From: Eledone cirrhosa | Lineage: Eukaryota | Reading direction: 5' to 3' | NCBI GenBank assembly: GCA_964016885.1 | Contig: OZ024742.1 | Coordinates: 210,490,001 to 210,554,000 of the forward strand | Length of the DNA stretch: 64,000 nt | In this document: piece by piece, positions 13,558 to 26,703 of the stretch | Position numbering within the stretch: the stretch's first letter is position 1 | How the letters are laid out: each line of letters begins with the position of its first letter | Translations under genes and position numbers: made by a program | The notes under the pieces: generated by a model | Databases searched by the model: none | Seen by the model: only the letters and a program-made list of their open reading frames with translations | What the model was told of the DNA's origin: nothing

Positions 13558-16500
13558 TTAAATGTATATAGTTTTTGACAATTTACTTGGCCATTTTACT
13601 GTTCTGCCACCTCGTGTGACATAAGGTTGTGTGTTATGTGGTGTTTGCGGTGGAGGTGAAGGTGTGGGTGTGGGAGTGAATGTACGAGGTGTATCAGGAA
13701 TTGTAATGAGACTTTCAGAGAAAGCCCTCTTTGCTCTGTCAATGGATATTGTCTCTTTTCGACCATTGACTGTGAAATGTTTTGATGTGTGCGAAAGCAC
13801 ACAAAAAGGTCCATTATAGGGTGACGGAATCATTCCGTATAAAAATGTGTGTCCACGTAGAGATATCCGATGGAACAGCAGAAGAAATAGACTGGTCACG
13901 AGGGTTCATTGGTGGAGATCCAAGAAATACGAACAAATCCTGGTGACATATGATGCTGGATCAAGATGCGATGAATCCACTGGTGCTAACATTTGACCAG
14001 GAAGAGTCAAGGTGGTACCATAAAGAAGTTGAGCAGAAAAGAAAGCCAAATCTGTCTTAACGGCAGAACGACAACCAAGAAGCACGATTGGCAAAAATTT
14101 GGTCCAACGTTGCGGATCAGGAGTAGCATGGAGTGCAGCTTTCAACTGTCTGAAACCTCTCCACCATTCCGTTGGAGGCTGGGTGATAGCTGGTTGTATG
14201 AATGTGATGAAAACCCAAAAGTCGTGAATTTTCACGAAATAAGGAAGCCTCGAACTGGCGTCCTCGATCAGTGGTTATTTTAGAAGGAACACCAAAGCGA
14301 GTAATCCAATTGGAAATGAAAGCTCGGGCAACGGACTCTGCTGTTATGTCCACTAGGGGTATGGTTTCAGGCCACCGAGAGAAACGATTGATACAGGTCA
14401 ATATATATGTGAACCCACGACTAACGGGCCAAGGACCAACAACATCCATGTGAATGTGATGGAAACGAGCGTCCGGCGGGCTGAATTTACCAAGACGAGC
14501 GCGAACTTGCTGATGAACCTTGGAGCGCTGACACTGCAAAGAAGAACGTGCCCAAACGGTGATTAAACGACGCATGTTAGGCCAGAAAAATCGGGCCGTG
14601 ATGAGCTTCACTGTGGCAGCTATGCCAGGGTGCGAGAAGGAATGAAGTGCATCAAAAATGGTACGCTGATGACAATCTGGAACAAGTGGTCTGGGTGAGC
14701 CGGTAGAAATGTCGCAAAGAATTTTTCCTTCAGCAGACAGAAGAGGTAAATATTCAAATTTACAGCAGGAAAACTGGGTAGAAGAAGTATCCAGAGAATC
14801 TAAAGTAGGTTGGTCAGTCGCAATGGCAGCCAAATCAATATCTGCAGGAGACGCAAGAGAACACACAGGGAGTCGAGACAGTGTGTCCGCGGGTATGTGG
14901 GCAGCTCCAGCTATATGACGAATGTCACTGGTGTACTGGGAAATGAAATCCAAATGCCTGTATACCCTTGGAGAGTAATTGTCGGACTTGGATTGAAGAG
15001 CGAATGTGATTGGTTTATGATCTGTGAATACCGTGAACTCCCGACCTTCAAGAAGATGGTGGAAGTGTCTCACAGCAAGATAAACTGCTAAAAGCTCTCT
15101 GTCAAAAGTACTGTAACGTTGCTCTGCTGGTTTTAGTTGGCGTGAGAAAAACGCCAGTGGTTGAAACTGGTGGTTGATTGTATGTTGCAAGACTGCTCCG
15201 ACAGCATGGTCGGATGGATTGACAGTTAAGGATAGCCTCGCGTTCGCAAAAGGACGAGCCAGAAAGGAAACTTTAGCTATTTCAGACTTGACGGATTCAA
15301 AAGATTGCAAAGCATCGGCAGAAAGTAAAATAGGAGCATCTTTCTTTTCCCAGCCTTTAAAAACTGTGTCAAGGGAAACAACTTGTCCGCACAGTTAGGG
15401 ATGAAACGACAATAAAAGTTGATTAATCCTAAGAAATGACGTAACTCCCTCAATGAGGTGGGGGTGCGATTCGCTGAATCGCTTCCACCTTAGATGGCAG
15501 AGGTCGAATGCTTTCTGAATCTATAAGATGTCCTAGGAATTCTAATGAATCTGTACCAAACACACATTAGCTGGGTTGATTCTGACCTAGTACGATTGAA
15601 GACGTTGAAATAACTGAGATAGATGTTGCTGATGATGATCAGCTGTGTCGCTGGCTATCAGGAGGTCATCCACGTAAGCAAACACGAAATCCAATCCACG
15701 CATGACTTCATCGATAAAACGTTGGAACGTACTAGAGGCATTCCGCAAACCAAAGGGGGTGGTCACAGCTGTTTTTGGTATATCCTCTGGATTCATGGGT
15801 ATTTGATGGTAAGCCCGTACCTGATCTATTTTAGAAAATATCGTGCATCCATGCAGAACGGATGAAAAATCCTGTAAATTTGGTAAAGGATAACGATCCG
15901 GTGTGGTGATGGTATTAAGTCTTCGGTAATCTCCTACCAGTCTAAAATCCGCATCACCCTTTCGAGCCAAGTGCAGTGGAGATGCCCATGGGCTGGTGGA
16001 CGGTCGTATAAGACCGAGCTGGATCATGTGCTCGAACTCATTTCGTGCTTTCTTTAGTCTATCCGGAGCCAACCCTTGTGGACGAGAGAAAACAGGTGGA
16101 CCAGTCATTGTAACGAAGTGTTGAGTCGAGTGGACTGCCTGGGTAGGTTTAAATGAAATATCCGTTAACTCGGGAAACAAAGTAAGGAGTGCATGCAACT
16201 GGTTTCCAGCGGCAGCCACAAAAAATGACGGACTGACAGCAGCAGCAGTAGATTTACGAGTAGGCGTAGATAAGGATGTGGTACTATCCACAAGTTTCTG
16301 TTTCCTGACATCTACCAAAAGTGAATAGTGCTGTAAGAAATCTGTACCGAGAATAGGATGAGGTAGGTCGGAAATGACAAAAATCCATTTTAAAAAATCC
16401 ACGCAAAGCTAGGTCTAGGTCCAATGATAAAGATATCTGTTCATAAGTTTTTATAGGAGACTGGTTTACTGCATACAAAGAAATGCTGGTAAGAGTTGGC

Positions 16501-16640
16501 TTGGTAGAGTTGAACCGTAAGGGCAAAATACGCAACTAGATCCTATGTCCACCATAAATGACCTGTCTCTGATAAAGAAAGCACGATAAGGTGAATTAAT
16601 GAGGGAGAGGTCTGCTGTGCTCAGACTCTCCAATTTCAGT
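13558..16640 (-). pseudogene. Gypsy pol (PR-RT-RNH-INT), frameshifted
   Basis: ORF fragments with VDIGSS, SPWASPLHL, DYRRLN, YVDDLL, YSTFDRELLA, HPG..C..C, TDRGRQF, YHPASNGMVERF and PYNGPF. Confidence 0.92.
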
Positions 16641-17406
16641 TTTTCCGAGGTCTCGTCTCGAAAGAGCAGGGCTGAATACAATGTTTCGCCTTTTCACGAA
16701 AATGCATGTGATACCAACACAAAGACGAGTTGTTGGCGGGGAGGTTGGCGCGACGGTGAAAGGAAGAAGACCGACTTCGTGAACGCCACCTAGATGGCGT
16801 TCGATCCCTACATAGTTTAGCTACTTGCCTAGTTAACACATCAATGGCTCTCAACATTGAGTCCTCACGAGGTGAAGCAGGCTGGGTTTTAAAAGCAGAA
16901 GAAGCAACAACCGAATCTGCCGAAGTAGGCTCTCGAGAAAATTCCATAATGCGGTCCGCCGAGGCTGCAATTTGTTCCAGAGAACTGGTGTCGACCATAT
17001 TTGCCAATATGGTCTGCACATTTGTTGGCAAATGGGAGAAGAATAATTGTTTCACAAAAGAGTTGTCCTCTGCTGTTGAATCACTCAGTTCCCGGATGCG
17101 TCGTAAAAACTGAGACGGGGTTCTGTCTCCCAGGTTTTCCTCCTCCAACAAGGAACGAAATCTGCTCTCAGACGAGCGGCTGTTCCGTCTGAGCACTTCT
17201 GCCATTAGGGTTTCATAAGATGTGCCTTGTAGAGGATCTGTAATTATGTCTTTAACTAAGATTGCCAGCGAAGCAGGAATTCCACTTATAAGCACGTGTA
17301 ATCTTTGTTGTGCTGCTTGAACGCTGTGGGCAGCAGAATACGAGTCCAGTTGGGCAAACCACAACTTTGCATCACCAGAATATGCTGGTAACGAAGAATT
17401 GCTCAT
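16636..17406 (-). pseudogene. Gypsy gag ORF (256 aa, open)
   Basis: LWFAQL...LGDRTPSQFLR...LCWYHMHFREKAKHCIQPC. Confidence 0.88.
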
Positions 17407-19743
17407 GATGAAATTTGGTCGAGAGAGATGATTTTCTTTTTCAAAACGTCGGGAGAAATTATATGTTCAAACGTCTGGGTCACCACTTTAGTGAGTTGGT
17501 CACAAGGTTATTTACTTCAGTAAACACCGCTGTATTCCAACCACTAATTTAATTAGATAACAGATATAGAAAAACATTTGTGTATTTTCGCTCGTGTGTG
17601 AACAGTTCAAGAGACTGTCGCCCAAAAGAGAAAGATTGCTCTTTGCTCCCTCCTTTATAATTCCTAGAATGGAAGTTCAAGGAATACTCTAGAATTCTAT
17701 GGGAAGTAACTCCAGCTACTTCCCTTTGTCTAGAGAGTGCTACACCTCTTTTAGATATTTTTTAATATTTACTTTTGTTGTATTTAAATCATTTTGTGGC
17801 ATGCTGTCTTGTCACTTTGGTACTATGTACTAATTCTAGTGTGACTCTGTATAAAGTGTATTAGTTACTTGTCTGTAGCTGTATGTAAAAAGTGCTCATG
17901 GAGATGCCTTGTTTGTCATCAATGAATCAATAGGTACTGTATTGAATAATTCAATGAAGGGCAATATCAATCTGATTAAAATAAATTTATGTTGAATTAT
18001 GTTTCTAGCTGCTTAACATTTGTGTCTTATGTTGGCTCTGTACACGATCATGTAAAACGCGGTTATGGATATACATGTAGTAGTTTGCCATTTGTTGAAT
18101 CAATAAATACCCATTAATTTCAAAGATATTTATTTATACTATATTGAATAAATCACTGATGGATAATATGCTGTTTTATATCCATGCTTTATGAATAAGT
18201 TGATCCTGTACAAAGCACTGACAACTGAATTTCTAAAAATTCACAACTCTGAAAAGAAGCTCAGCAACAAAACCAAATTTCTGCATGGTAAAAATTTGAA
18301 AATGATAGTGAACTGCCCACATGGTCAACTAAGGGCATCAAAATGGGCAATTTTTGAGAAATTTTGAAATTGCACATTTCAAAAAATTATTCTGACACTC
18401 CCATAATAGTAACTAACATGGTTACTGCTCAGAAATGGTCTACTATATGCTAAGTAACAGGAAAACAATTGTGGTTGCTTTATCAAGTGGGCCTATTGAG
18501 ATAAAAATATCTAAAAGAGGCATACATTTGCTGTACGTTTAATTCTTGGCAATATTCAGAGGCCTGTAGATGGACAAATATACAAGATAGGATACACTTG
18601 ATTTGATAAGATATTTGAGCTCTACAGAAAAAGTTAGCCCCAAGCACATGATTTCAAAGTTGTGCTAACCTTATTAGAGGAGAAATGGCTGTCTCAAGTT
18701 GGTCCGAGAGACACATTCAGAACTATCAAAGATATTAACTTAATACTTGATATTTTTCCATCATATAGGTACAGGCGCTAGTATGAATATTTTCAGGGGG
18801 ATTTGGGGTGGGGGGTGGGGGGTGACCTGGGAAATTTTTCTGAAACTGGGTGATTTGATATGGATTAACCCTAAACAAAACAATTCATCTCAAGTATTTA
18901 GGCTTTCAATCTTAATGCAGCTGTTTCATTCTTGGGTTGTTAATTTAGTGTAATGGTGTTTAGTGTGCAGTTTAATATATATAAGTAAATAGGTGTTTCT
19001 AATTTTGGCACAAGGCCAACAATTTGAAGGGAAGGGAAAGTCAAATAAATTGACCCTATAGGCATGAAAGGCGAAGCTAACCTTAGTGGGATTTGAACTC
19101 AGAATGTAAAGGGCCATAACTCTGCTGCAACTCGTCCAATGATCTACTAATACTGCCAACCCACCGCCCTTCATATATAAGTAAACAATAACAATAGTTA
19201 GTCTAAATACAACAAAAATATGAGAAAGAATACTCAAATATCACCACCTCAATGATATGTGAGAGAATGCTCTCTGGCATGCAGAAACCTAAGTTTAAGT
19301 TGCCTCATGGTCACAGCAGACAGAATAGAGAATGCATTGGCCCAAAGGATAGTGAAGGCTCATTTCTGTGGATGGCCAACTCTGTGCCAATAGTAGTGAG
19401 TAAAGAGGTAGTTCAAGGAACCAGTCCACTTCATGGGGTCCGCTCCCGGGGATGACTAACTCAAGTAAGGAGGTAGTTCAGGGATAAAGAACTCCAGAAG
19501 TCAGCACTACTATAGGTTTGGCAAGAAACCCAACTTCACCCACCCACCCATCCTGTGGGTGGCCAACTCTTCCCCAAGTATGAGGTGGTACAGGGATGAA
19601 GAACACTGGAAGTGTGTTGTTTAATTATATTAACTGGGTCTTACTGAGAACATATAGAATGGTTGTAGCAGTTACTAGAATTATTTTGGAGATTGAGTGT
19701 AAAGTTGTGAGCTCTTGTATTTTTCAGATTCTTTTTATTATGT

Positions 19744-19967
19744 TTAACCCTTTAGCATTTAAACCAGCCATATCTGCCCCAAACTCTCTCACCTCTTTCT
19801 GTTCAAACCGGCTGTAACTGGCCGCTCATACTGATGTTAAGGTATTGTTCTCAAAATAAATAATATCAAAATCTCTTAGATTCGATATTATGTGAGATAA
19901 TTCTCTGAGGTAAAGTCTTTACCGTGAAAATATAATAGTATATATAATGTAAATGCTAAAGGGTTAA
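19744..19967. mobile_element. piggyBac-like MITE (~220 bp)
   Basis: TTAA flanks and CCCTTTAGCATTTA TIRs. Further copies at 30585-30812, ~44308-44502, ~49839-49990 and ~27292-27370. Confidence 0.82.
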
Positions 19968-20632
19968 ATCCAAGGATTATTATTAGTATTGATGAAAACG
20001 TACCTAGTCCACACTGTAAATGTGGTTGGTGTTAGGAAGAGCATCCAGCCATTGATACTAAGCCAGAAACAGTTCTGTATGAGCAAGACACAGTCACTTG
20101 ATCTGACTTGTCTTATGAGACAACTCATCTAACCCATGCTAGCATTGAAAATTTATGTTAAATGATGGTGATGATGATAATTGTTCCCATTCTAATTCCC
20201 TTTATTCAACTTTATGACTGTTCTATTTTCTTGCTGTTATTGGCAGAGACTGGAATATCTGTTGGAGTCCACACTGTAAAGCGGTCATGTAGGCGTCACG
20301 GGGAAAAAGCACCCAGTACTCACTGTAAATGAGGTTGGCACTAGGAAAGGCATCCAGCTGAACAAACCAGGCCTAAATTGGTTCTGTATGAGCATGGCAT
20401 GGTCACCTGACCTAGCATTGCTCACAACAGGATAACTCGTCTAACCTATGCCAGTGAGGAAAACATGATGTTAAAGAATGATGATGATTGCACAGACTTT
20501 CTTTTCTCTATATTTTCCACTACATTCACTATGTTTTCAATTCTAAAACTTATGACTGATGAGAGAAAAATGTTTGTTTTTTTAGCCAATATCTTCAACT
20601 GGAAAAATAACATATTGTTTTTTTATTGCCAG

Positions 20633-21105
20633 AAACATTATCAAGTTGCTCCACACCAACATTAAAGAAAACTCAGTCATTAAACAGTCTTTCAGGTTGG
20701 CTGAAAAGAAAGGCAAAAGATGACAATGATGAAAGTATGGAATTTGAAGGCAGTCCTCCAAATAAACTTTCTCATAGTGAGTCATTTTTGGAATCATCCT
20801 CCACTTCCATAGAGATTTCTCAAAACCCATATTGTGAACAGTTACAAAATGAAGACACCACTTTATTTCATTCATCCAATGAAAGTGAACATGTAGATTC
20901 AGGATCATCTCTTTGTCAAACTGAATCTTCAAAAAGACAAACAGAATCATCTTCCCTATCAATTTCCTACCATAGTTGTGAAAAACAGCTATCTCCACCT
21001 GAAGAACACACAGTTTGTGATAAAAGTGAAGAATCACCTCTCAAGCCTCAAGAACAAAAGATAGAAAGAGAAATGGAAAAAAATATTAAAATCGTTACAG
21101 ATTAT
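20633..21105 (+). CDS. PMS2: PMS2 Ser/Glu-rich disordered linker exon
   Basis: ttttattgccag acceptor puts the 165-aa ORF (20626-21123) in phase with the upstream exon. gtaagt donor after ...IVTDY. Confidence 0.85.
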
Positions 21106-22506
21106 GTAAGTAAATATTTTTAATAAATTACATTTTTTTTCTTTATTTCAGTTACTACAAAAGAGAAAGCTATAGCTATTAAAATACTGTTGTTGGCTCC
21201 ACATGAATAGGATTGTAGCACAGAGGAATATCAATCAAACATTATAAGAGTAACAAGTTGAGCATTCTAAATATATTGTTTTTTAATTTGTTCTGTGATT
21301 GTTTTAAAAGATTTGGGTTCCACTAATATAGGTGGAGCTACCACATAAAATCCACTGCACTATTTTATTTTAATTGTGTTATACATTAGTGTAAGATGGC
21401 GAATGAGCAGATATGTTAGAACATCAGATAGAATGCTTTCCAGGATTCATTCCAGCTCTCTGAGTTCAAATTCCATCGGGGTCAATTTGGTCTTTCATCC
21501 TTTCAAGGTTGTACTGGGGGTTGATTCTTCCTCTATATCTCTTTCTCGCTTCCTCTCTCTCACTTTCTTTCTCTGGAAGAAATTGGCTGTGTTCAGACCT
21601 GGAGAAAGGATGAGCTCTGCCAGGTTAAAATGCCCAAGATGGTACCCCAACAACTCCATCAGAAATTACAGGTTCATACATGCATATACATTAGTATAGG
21701 ACCCAACCTAGAATATTGCTCTTATGAAACTTGATTGTAATCAGTCCTCTGTAATTCAAACAAACATATTCTTTGTAAATAGATGTTTGAATATAAATAA
21801 TCTCTGACTTTAACTTCTCCTCCTTTACTTTACAATATAATACAATATTGTTGACATACATTATTAGAATAATGAATAATTAGGTCCCTTTGCGATCTGA
21901 GTTCAAATCCCGCCGAGGTTGACTTTGCCTTTCATCCTTACGGGGTCGATGAAATAAAGTACCAGTAACGCACTGGGTAATTGCTGGCCTTGTGCCTAAA
22001 GTAGAAACAATTATTAGAATAATGAGGATAGGATGCCATGCTTTGAAGCATAGAGTTACCTCCCTGTATGATCTGAGTTAAATCCCGTCGAGGTTAACTT
22101 TGCCTTTCATCCTTCCGGGGTCGATAGAATAAAGTACCAGTAATGCATTGGGTAATTGCTGGCCTTGTGCCAAAAGTAGAAACAATTATTAGAATAATGC
22201 AGGAAATGCCTCAAAGAACAATAAAAATCAATAAAAAAAGGATTAGTAACGCAAGGAAACAACAGTCAAAGGTTCAAACATTGTAAGCAGCCTTTATTAG
22301 GGGAGGTACTTTGCTCTAATTACCTCACTTAACATGACTAACATAGTTACAATTGAGTTGTTAAGAGTATAAAGATCATCTAGATATAAAAATTACTTAT
22401 TCTACTAATTTCATGCCAATAGCTTGATTTCTAGAGTTATTTTATGTATTCTGGGTGAAAAAAATGTTTTTAAAAAATCTTATTTTTGATTCTCATTTCT
22501 TTTCAG

Positions 22507-22731
22507 GATGAAGAATCAGAAATATTGAGAAAAGAAACAACTGTTCCATTTTCTATGGATTTACTTCGTCAGAAACTGAAATTAGCAAATGAACACAAAA
22601 TCAAAATCTCAGAAGATTTTTATCGCAGTTTTCGAGCAAAAATTTCTCCAGGTGAAAATAAAGCAGCCGAGGAAGAACTTGATAGACAAATTGATAAAAG
22701 GATGTTTAAAAGTATGAAAATTTTGGGACAG
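22507..22731 (+). CDS. PMS2: PMS2 exon (start of MutL C-terminal domain)
   Basis: tttcag/gtaaat boundaries. Contains FRAKISPGENKAAEEELDRQIDKRMFKSMKILGQ, typical of PMS2. Confidence 0.95.
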
Positions 22732-23655
22732 GTAAATATTAAGATTATCTTTATTAGTTAATATTTTTTAAATGTTAGGAATCAGAATAGGGAAAGTTCG
22801 GCAGTAAATTGTGCTTGCAGGATTCAGATTTATGATGGTTGAGAAAAAGAAAAAAGAGGCAAAGCAGCTTACAAAATGGAAGCATAATACTTTCACTGAA
22901 GTGTGGAACAAAGGAGTTGCTAGCATTCATACATCACTGTCTTGACCTGTACTGACTAACCACTTGAAGGAGTCACATGAGAAGTTGGCTTGCACCTCAG
23001 TGTTCCCAACCTGTAATCTAATCAAAATCAGAATTACCAAGTTATATTAATTTTACATACAAATTGTCATCAAGAAATTCATGGGCTTTCAAACAATTTT
23101 CGTCTACCATATTCACCCAAAAGGCATTGGTTAACCTGTAGTTATAAGAAAAGTGACTTACCCTAGGTGCCACACCATAGGGTATAACCTGAAACCACAG
23201 TTTTGCAAACAAACTCCTTAATCACAGTCATGTCTGCACTTATATATACATATGTATGTATAACGAATTGAGATGTCACATAAAAGTTCTTAAAACATAA
23301 TTCTTTACAATTGTTTCAACGCATTTCTCAGTAAAATACATAGCGAGATTAAGCATAATAGAACAAATAATAATAAAATATATGGAAGAATATATATATA
23401 TATATATATATATTTACCGTCTAACCCATGCTAGCGTGGAAAATGGACGTTAAACGAAGATGATGATGATGATGATTTATTTATATATATTAAACCTAGC
23501 TTGTATAGTGAGAAATGTATCTCTTCAGAAGTAATAAATGAATGAACCAAAGTTTGTGAAAGCCAGTACAGAAATGGAGAAATGTTACTCTGTTGACTAC
23601 AAGATAAAGCACCCAGTTCGTTTCTGCCCTCTCCGTCTCCTCTATCTTTCTATTT

Positions 23656-23969
23656 AATAATAATAATAATAATGAAATTATTGTGTACAGTGCTCAGGTG
23701 CACTACAACTCATCAAAGGTGCATGTATAGTACATAGAATAATGTAAAAATGTCAGGAAAATGAACAGTGTATGAGTCATGATATAATAATAATAACAAT
23801 AATGAAATATTGTGTACAGTGCCCAGGTGCACCACAACTCATCAAAAAAGTGCATGTACAGTACATAGGGCAATGCACAAACATCAGTAAAATGAACAGT
23901 GCACGAGTCATGATACACACATGTGTGCATGTGTATGGAAGGGGTACATCAAGTGTAGTTTTGGCGTAT
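23656..23969 (-). mobile_element. CR1 3' UTR fragment
   Basis: Near-identical reverse complement of 6902-7200. Confidence 0.88.
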
Positions 23970-23991
23970 TCTTCTTTAATTCTCAATCTTT

Positions 23992-24026
23992 CCTCTGTTG
24001 AAGGACTAGCGTCCGAAACGTTAAGA
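23992..24026 (+). ncRNA. Penelope-type minimal hammerhead-ribozyme-like motif (variant core)
   Basis: CTGTTGA-A-GGAC-TAGC-GTCC-GAAA-CG-TTA. Stem II is perfect; the core differs from CUGANGA at one conserved position. Confidence 0.5.
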
Positions 24027-24129
24027 CTCTTTTCCTACTATATCAAATGTAAAACTAATAATATATTTCTTCATTGTGTTGTTTGCTTTGTTATTTCTGT
24101 TTGACTTTTATATATGATGATGATATATA

Positions 24130-24780
24130 TATATCATCATCATCATCATCATCATCGTTTAATGTCCATGTTCCACGCTAGCATGGGTTTGGACGGTAAT
24201 TTTCCCACTTGAGGCAAGATTGGTTGTCTTGCTCGCATAGGACTGTCTGGCGAGTTTTCTACGGCTGGATGCCCTTCCTAACACCAACCACGTTTACAGT
24301 GTGGGACTGGGAGGTTTTTGACCGTGTTGCCTACACGGCCACATTACAGCGTGGACTGTGTGTTTTTTTGTCGTGACACCTACACGACCTCATTTATTTT
24401 GGACTGGATGTTGTGGTAACAACATAACTTTACATCGAAAGGGGTGGTGTGGATGGGGTGGGGGTAGTGGGACGGGGGGGGGGGGGTATTTTGGTAAGAG
24501 GTGCCTACTGACTGTAGGTTTCGCTTTGCACTTTGTCAAGGCTGGTCTTCTGTATTACTGCGTAGCGCCAAAGATCTCGGTCCAGTGACATTATCTTGGA
24601 GAGGTGTAAGCGTGTGAGGTCGGAATTTATCAAGTCGTCCCAGGTTTTTCTGGGTCTGCCTACTCCGTGGCTACCGTCTATTTTGATCGCCCTGCACTTT
24701 TTTATACAGCTGTCGTCTTTCATGCACATCACGTGACCATACCAACGTAGTCTTCTCTCGAGTAAACAGCATCTGATCCC
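24130..24780 (-). mobile_element. RTE 3' end with RTE-tailed repeat
   Basis: RRLRWYGHV...GRPRKTW ORF followed by the conserved ...CCCATGCTAGCGTGGAA...(ATG)n tail. Confidence 0.8.
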
Positions 24781-24845
24781 TATATATATATACTCACACA
24801 TGCACACATATATATAATTCATATGTTTTTTTAAACTTCTTACAG

Positions 24846-24976
24846 TTCAACCTTGGTTTTATCATCACACGATTAAAGGATGACTTATTTATTGTCGATC
24901 AGCATGCTACTGATGAGAAATACAATTTTGAGAAGTTGCGAAAAAACACGGTTATGCAGGGCCAGAAATTGATTCG
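24846..24976 (+). CDS. PMS2: PMS2 exon with endonuclease motif DQHA(X)2E(X)4E
   Basis: tacag/gtaagt boundaries. [43 protein letters not shown]. Confidence 0.97.
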
Positions 24977-26703
24977 GTAAGTGAACAGCTACCTGTAATA
25001 ACAGTGGTATAGTAGTGTTGATGGCTAAAATCATTCTCAATATGATTTTATTATTGGAAAGAGCAGTGGATTGGCTCTGAGGAATATAGTTACAGCCTCT
25101 TATGTTCTGATTTCAAACCCCACCAAAGTTAGCTTTGCCTTTCATCCTTACAGGGGTTGATAAAATAAAGTACCAGTAACGCACTGGGAGCAATTTAATC
25201 AACTTTTTCCTCCACCAAATTTGTTGGTCTTGTGCATAAATTAGAAACCATCATTGGAAAGGCAGCTGAAGACAGAATTTGGGAAATGCCGGACTAAATA
25301 TTTCGTAGCAGCCTTTGACATTCTGAGTTCAAATCCAGTCAGGGATCAACTTGCCCTTTCACCCTTCTAAGATTGATAATGTAAATATAAATATCAGTCA
25401 TATATTAGGGACAATATAATTGACTGTACACCACCACCAAAATATGACTTTGTTCCTATATTAGAAATTATTGGAGTGATGATGGATAGGAAGAGTTGTT
25501 AGAGCTTTGGACAGATGCTTAGTTGTATTTGTTCTAGCTCTTTACTTTCTGAGAATTTTGGTATTTTTCATCTACTTTGGCTGTTGTTCAAGTATTTAAA
25601 CTTAACGTAAGCATAAAGGGGCCAGCTAGGAAATGGCAGATGTGGCCCTGTGTTCCATAACTAGGCATCACTGACTAGTGAGGTTAGATTGAATGCCTGA
25701 TGTCAAGTGTAGGGCAGATTTAGTTATCAGCTGTGTCCATTGTGAAGTTCGCTCTACTCTCCTTTAACTAGGAAAGGTGGTCACTATAGCAAAAGAGGTT
25801 TGGTGGACAAGGAGACTGAGGACCAACACTTTCCTCTTCAATCAAGCTCTCATCAATCTTTTTCAAGTTCCACTTGGAAAGAAAGGTGAAAGTGAAGAGA
25901 GAGGTGCTCTCCTCCAGTGAATGGCTCTACTCACTACATGAGCCTGTAGTTCAGAGAAGGAAAATCAAAAGAGGGCACCTGTCTTTGGTAATCAATGTGA
26001 CCATGGGTTTGTGGGGTTCTTCAGTCATTCCTATTTGGAGGTTCTCCTCTGTCAGAACTATTTATAATTATGTATACTATATATACCTTTTCTTTTTCTC
26101 TCATCCAATTTATATTTTAAGCTTCAGACTTTGTGACTTATATACTTGAATGCCAATGCCTTGTTTTATGTCTGAGAAATAGGCAAAAATCCAAACCCCG
26201 TTTATAAGCTGTGGCATCTTTTCAACACACAGTGGTGCAGTTTTTAAATTCTCATGAGTTGAGAATATATTATAAAATTTTCATATTTTGATATTTAAAA
26301 TGTTTTAAGTGTCGTTTAGAGTATGGGTTTTGTTTAACAACTCCATTACTTAATGATGTTTTACCAATTTCCTAACATTTTGAAGGCTATATTCATTCAA
26401 AATACATAAAAATTCATAGGAAATATGAATTTCATGTTGAAAATGAAACTGGTTTAATATTTACCTCCAAAGCGAAATATTTTAGCACCTCATTTACGTA
26501 GAATTTGAAGTTGGTGAAAATATTGACCTCGAATATAAGTTGACCCCATTTTACCATCAATTTTTTTGAGGGGCACATATCACTCAGCTTAAATATGAGT
26601 ATATTTGGTAATTTGTCTTTGTAATGTCTCCCACATTCAGCATCCTTGAAGCAATAAAAGAAAACAGTTTTTTTTTTTCTTATCTTCTCATTGTTTAAAC
26701 TAG

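Larger units (their letters stand above)
12893..17744 (-). mobile_element. Gypsy LTR retrotransposon, CsRn1/Kabuki-like clade, degenerate full-length
   Basis: Two ~253-nt LTRs (12893-13145, 17490-17744) starting TGTAG on the - strand. PBS TGGTGACCCAGACGT resembles the complement of the tRNA-Trp 3' end. PPT GAGAGGAGAG. Gag has a CHCC-type motif (CWYH...C...C); order is protease, RT (YVDD), RNase H, integrase (GPF module). Confidence 0.93.
12522..18872. mobile_element. Non-autonomous DNA transposon with ~350-400 bp terminal inverted repeats (superfamily unassigned), interrupted by the Gypsy element
   Basis: 12522-12889 plus 17745-17762 is the reverse complement of ~18503-18872 (termini AGGGTTA(T/A)TCCAT.TCAAATCAC). 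No transposase ORF in the ~0.75 kb spacer. Confidence 0.85.

Noticed and set aside
20586-20632. Alternative PMS2 acceptor at tttag (20585)
   Set aside because: Out of frame with the linker ORF given the phase-1 upstream exon. The acceptor at 20632 fits.
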